Assembly: GCA_963747235.1 (NCBI GenBank)
Contig: CAVVEU010000004.1
Span: 1 to 64,000, forward strand
DNA from: an uncultured Candidatus Rokubacteria bacterium
GTDB lineage: Bacteria > Methylomirabilota > Methylomirabilia > Rokubacteriales > CSP1-6
Direction: 5' to 3'
DNA: 64,000 nt
In this document: piece by piece, positions 60,949 through 64,000 of the stretch
Layout: every line of letters starts with the position of its first letter
How positions within the stretch are numbered: the first letter of the stretch is position 1
Notes under the pieces: model-generated
What the model was told of the DNA's origin: nothing
The model's database searches: none
The model's input: only the letters and a program-made list of their open reading frames with translations
Position numbers and translations under genes: made by a program

Positions 60949-61930
60949 ATGAGCGACGTACGGCATCGGACGGTGGAGACGAACGGCATCCGCATGCACG
61001 TGGCCGAGCAGGGCGACGGGCCGCTCGTGCTCCTCTGCCACGGCTTCCCGGAGTCCTGGTACTCCTGGCGCCATCAGCTCGCGGCGCTCGCGGCCGCGGG
61101 CTTCCACGCGGTGGCCCCCGACATGCGCGGCTACGGCCAGACCGACCAGCCGGCGGAGATCGACCAGTACACGCTGCTCCACCTGGTCGGCGACATGGTG
61201 GGCCTGGTGGACGCGCTGGGCGGCGGGCCCGCGGTGATCGCGGGCCACGACTGGGGCGCGCCCGTCGCCTGGCACGCCGCGCTCCTGCGTCCCGACCGCT
61301 TCCGCGCGGTGATCGGACTCAGCGTGCCGTACCGGCCGCGCGGCTCGGTCCGCCCGTCCACCGCGATGCCGCAGACCGACGACGCGATCTTCTACCAGCT
61401 CTACTTCCAGGCCCCGGGCGTGGCGGAGGCGGAGCTCTCGCGGGACGTGCGGAGCAGCATCCGCCGCGTGCTCTACTCGGGCTCGGGCGAGGGCCGGCAG
61501 GCGCGCGTCGGGCTCGGCGATCCCGCCGCGGTCGGCATGGTGCCCCGCGCCGGCGGGTTCCTGAGCCACACCGCCGAGCCGCCCGCGCCGCCGTCCTGGC
61601 TCACCGAGGCCGACGTGGACTTCTACGCCGGCGAGTTCAGCCGCGCGGGCTTTCGCGGCGGGCTCAACTGGTACCGCAACATCGACCGCAACTGGGAGCT
61701 GATGGCCCCGTACGCGGGCGCGCGGGTGACCGTGCCCGCCCTCTACGTTGCGGGCGACCAGGATCTGGTGGTCCACTTCCGCGGCATGGACCAGCTCCTG
61801 CCGAACCTGAAGCAGTTCGTCCCCGAGCTCCGCCGAGACGATCATGCTGCCCGGCTGCGGGCACTGGACGCAGCAGGAGCGCCCGAAGGAAGTCAACGAC
61901 GCAATGATCGCTTTTCTAAACACCCTGTAA
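60949..61930 (+). CDS. epoxide hydrolase-like alpha/beta hydrolase (frameshift near 61835)
   Basis: HGFPE, PDMRGYG, GHDWGA, LNWYRN, GHWTQQE; ends FLNTL*. Confidence 0.9.
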
Positions 61931-61947
61931 GCCCACAGGAGGCCTCC

Positions 61948-62448
61948 ATGGGACAGACGCTCGAGCAGCTCGCGGCCACGATGCACGACATCCTCGCGGC
62001 GGAGCCCGGCCCCGCCGGGCGCGAGAAGGTTCGCGCGCTGGTCGAGGAGGTGCTCAAGGACGAGGCCTTCGTCGCGAAGCACCTGGGCGACGACGTGCCG
62101 GAGCGCAAGATCCTCTTCGAGGATCCGCAGCTCGGCTTCTGCATCCTCGCCCACGTCTACAAGGGCGCGCGCGAGAGCAATCCCCACGATCACGGCCCGA
62201 CCTGGGCCATCTACGGCCAGGCGCGCGGCGAGACGCTCATGAACGACTGGGCCCTCGTCGAGCCGGCGAGCGACGCGAAGCCCGGGAAGGTGCGGCACGT
62301 GCGGAGCTATCCCCTGAAGCCCGGGATGGCCCACGTCTACAACGAGGGCGATCTCCACTCCCCGCGCCGCGACGGGCCGACGCGCCTCATCCGCATCGAG
62401 GGCCGGAACATGGACAAGGTCAAGCGGCTGGCCTACGACAAGGTCTGA
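61948..62448 (+). CDS. cupin-fold (cysteine dioxygenase-like) protein
   Basis: SD AGGAGG; PHDHG.TWAIYG, GDLHSP. Confidence 0.75.
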   Translation: MGQTLEQLAATMHDILAAEPGPAGREKVRALVEEVLKDEAFVAKHLGDDVPERKILFEDPQLGFCILAHVYKGARESNPHDHGPTWAIYGQARGETLMNDWALVEPASDAKPGKVRHVRSYPLKPGMAHVYNEGDLHSPRRDGPTRLIRIEGRNMDKVKRLAYDKV

Positions 62449-62468
62449 GCCAACAGGAGGCCCGAGCC

Positions 62469-63732
62469 ATGAAAGAGAACCTCCGCTTCGTCGATTCCGA
62501 CATGCACATCATGGAGCCGCCCGATCTCTTCGAGCGGTACCTGGATCCGAAGTTCCGCGACCGGGTGGTCCTGCCGATCGGAGCCGACGGCCGGCCGAAG
62601 CGCGGCACCATCGTGATCGACGGATTGCCGAGCACGATGGACGCCGAGATGCAGCAGTACCGCAAGCGCGGCCGCGGCGGGGCCGCGAGCGCGCACAGCA
62701 CGCAGCCGCTCTCCGGCTCGCGGCTGCAGGGGAGCGAACCGGCTCGACTTCGCGATCGAGCGCAACTACGACCCCGAGGCGCAGGTGATGGGCATGGCGA
62801 TCGAGGGCGTGGACATCGCGGTGCTCTACCCGACGACCGGCCTGAGCCTGCTCGCCCGCGACAACATGGATCCGCAGCTCTCGCTGGCGCTCTGCCGGGC
62901 CTACAACGACTGGATCCACGAGTTCTGCCGGTACAGCCCCGAGCGGCTCAAGTTCGTGGCCATGCTGCCGGTGCACGACGTGCACCTGGCCTGCCGGGAG
63001 CTGCACCGGTGCGTGCGCGAGCTGGGCGCGGTCGGGTCCTTCATCCGCCCGAACCTGCTCAACGGCCACTACTGGCACTCGAACTACTGGGATCCGCTCT
63101 ACAGCCTGCACGAGGAGCTCGACGTCACCTGGGGCTTCCACGAGGGGACCGGCGCCTGGAACTCGCACATGAACGTGCTCTACGGCGAGAACCGGTTCTA
63201 CCGCCACGTGGCCAGCCACTGGATCGAGATGCAGCAGGCGTTGATCGCGATGATCGTCGGCGGGGTGTTCGAGTTCCATCCGAAGCTGCGCGTCGGCTTC
63301 CTCGAAGCGCAGAACTCGTGGGTGCCCGGCATCCTGTCGCGCATCGAGTGGGACTACCCGCAGTACCGCGACACCCACGCGCCGTACCTCTCCCTGACGC
63401 CGAAGGAGTACTTCCGGCGGAACTGCTGGGCCGCGGTGGAGGGCAGCGAGCCCGAGATCGAGGCGACCGCGGGCCTGATCGGCGCCGACCGGATGTGCGT
63501 GTCCACCGACTACCCGCACTTCGACTCGAACTTCCCCAACGTGTCGGAGAACGTGCTCAAGAGCTGCTCGCGCGAGACCGCGGCGCAGATCCTGATGGGC
63601 GGGGCGCACCTCTACGGGTTCAGCGAGGCCGACTTCGCGAAGGCCGACGCGGCGGCGGCCGCGCACGCGGGCACGAACGGAGGGCCGGACGCGGCGCCCG
63701 CGAAGCGGCGAGGGGTAGCGGTCGGCGGCTAG
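62469..63732 (+). CDS. amidohydrolase family protein (frameshift near 62735)
   Basis: DSDMHIMEP, YPT.GL, AYNDW, FHEG, STDYPH.D. Confidence 0.9.
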
Positions 63733-63736
63733 GCGC

Positions 63737-63765
63737 GGCGGGTCACGGCCCGGTCGTGACCCGCC
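63737..63765. terminator. 11-bp stem hairpin at the convergent gene junction
   Basis: GGCGGGTCACG-N7-CGTGACCCGCC. Confidence 0.55.
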
Positions 63766-64000
63766 CGTTCGCGGGCGCCATCGCGGGCGCCACCTGCTCC
63801 GCGAACAGGCGCATCGAGCGCAGGGCCAGGCTCGTGTCCAGGCCCGGCAGCGCCATCAGCAGCAGCACGTGCTGGTACCCGGTGGCGTCGAGATACTTCT
63901 GCAGGCCCTCGCGGACCTCGTCCGGCGTGCCGATCAGGGCCCAGCCGTCGTCGAGATATTCCCGGAAGGTGCGGAGCCGCAGCAGTGAGCGGTTGAACGA
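63743..64000 (-). CDS. LLM-class oxidoreductase, C-terminal part (partial)
   Basis: LIGTPDEVREGLQKY...LRSMRLFAEQVAP. Confidence 0.8.
   Translation of the reverse strand, partial: SFNRSLLRLRTFREYLDDGWALIGTPDEVREGLQKYLDATGYQHVLLLMALPGLDTSLALRSMRLFAEQVAPAMAPANGRVTTGP

Noticed and set aside
60949-62448. 499-aa epoxide hydrolase-cupin fusion
   Set aside because: The hydrolase catalytic His segment (GHWTQQE) is in another frame ending at 61930, and the cupin has its own SD and ATG.
4640-62740. More than twenty frameshifted genes, read as programmed frameshifting, phase variation or mass pseudogenisation
   Set aside because: The breaks are scattered single-base indels, also in housekeeping genes (ald, pssA, ppk2), with both halves otherwise intact and no shared slippery motif. 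This pattern is typical of uncorrected long-read consensus.

Overview
High-GC bacterial chromosome segment, densely coding with about 75 genes. The gene repertoire (ABC substrate-binding proteins, several LLM monooxygenases and amidohydrolases, a zinc-ribbon/cyclase/AAA/TPR protein) suggests Candidatus Rokubacteria (Methylomirabilota); this assignment is inference. More than twenty genes are split by single-base frameshifts, most simply explained as uncorrected long-read assembly errors, so I merged them into single calls. I saw no rRNA, tRNA, CRISPR array, integrase or transposase. Most notable signals: (1) a split AhpD/CMD gene that is really one ORF with an in-frame TGA in a C-P-F-U motif, followed 11 nt later by a SECIS-like hairpin, i.e. 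a likely selenoprotein heading a three-gene operon; (2) an unannotated 19-aa Lys-rich ORF tightly coupled to an Uup-like ABC-F gene, a possible ribosome-stalling leader; (3) a 49-bp palindromic element present twice, both times in frame inside protein-coding genes; (4) an ECF42-type promoter ahead of an SRPBCC/DinB/DoxX/DGPF/BNR-propeller/ubiquitin-like cluster ending in a DUF1428 relic; (5) a HEAT-repeat plus HD-GYP pair sharing a similar N-terminal domain; (6) an Asp/Glu racemase-family protein lacking both catalytic cysteines; (7) several unannotated small ORFs and regulatory palindromes.
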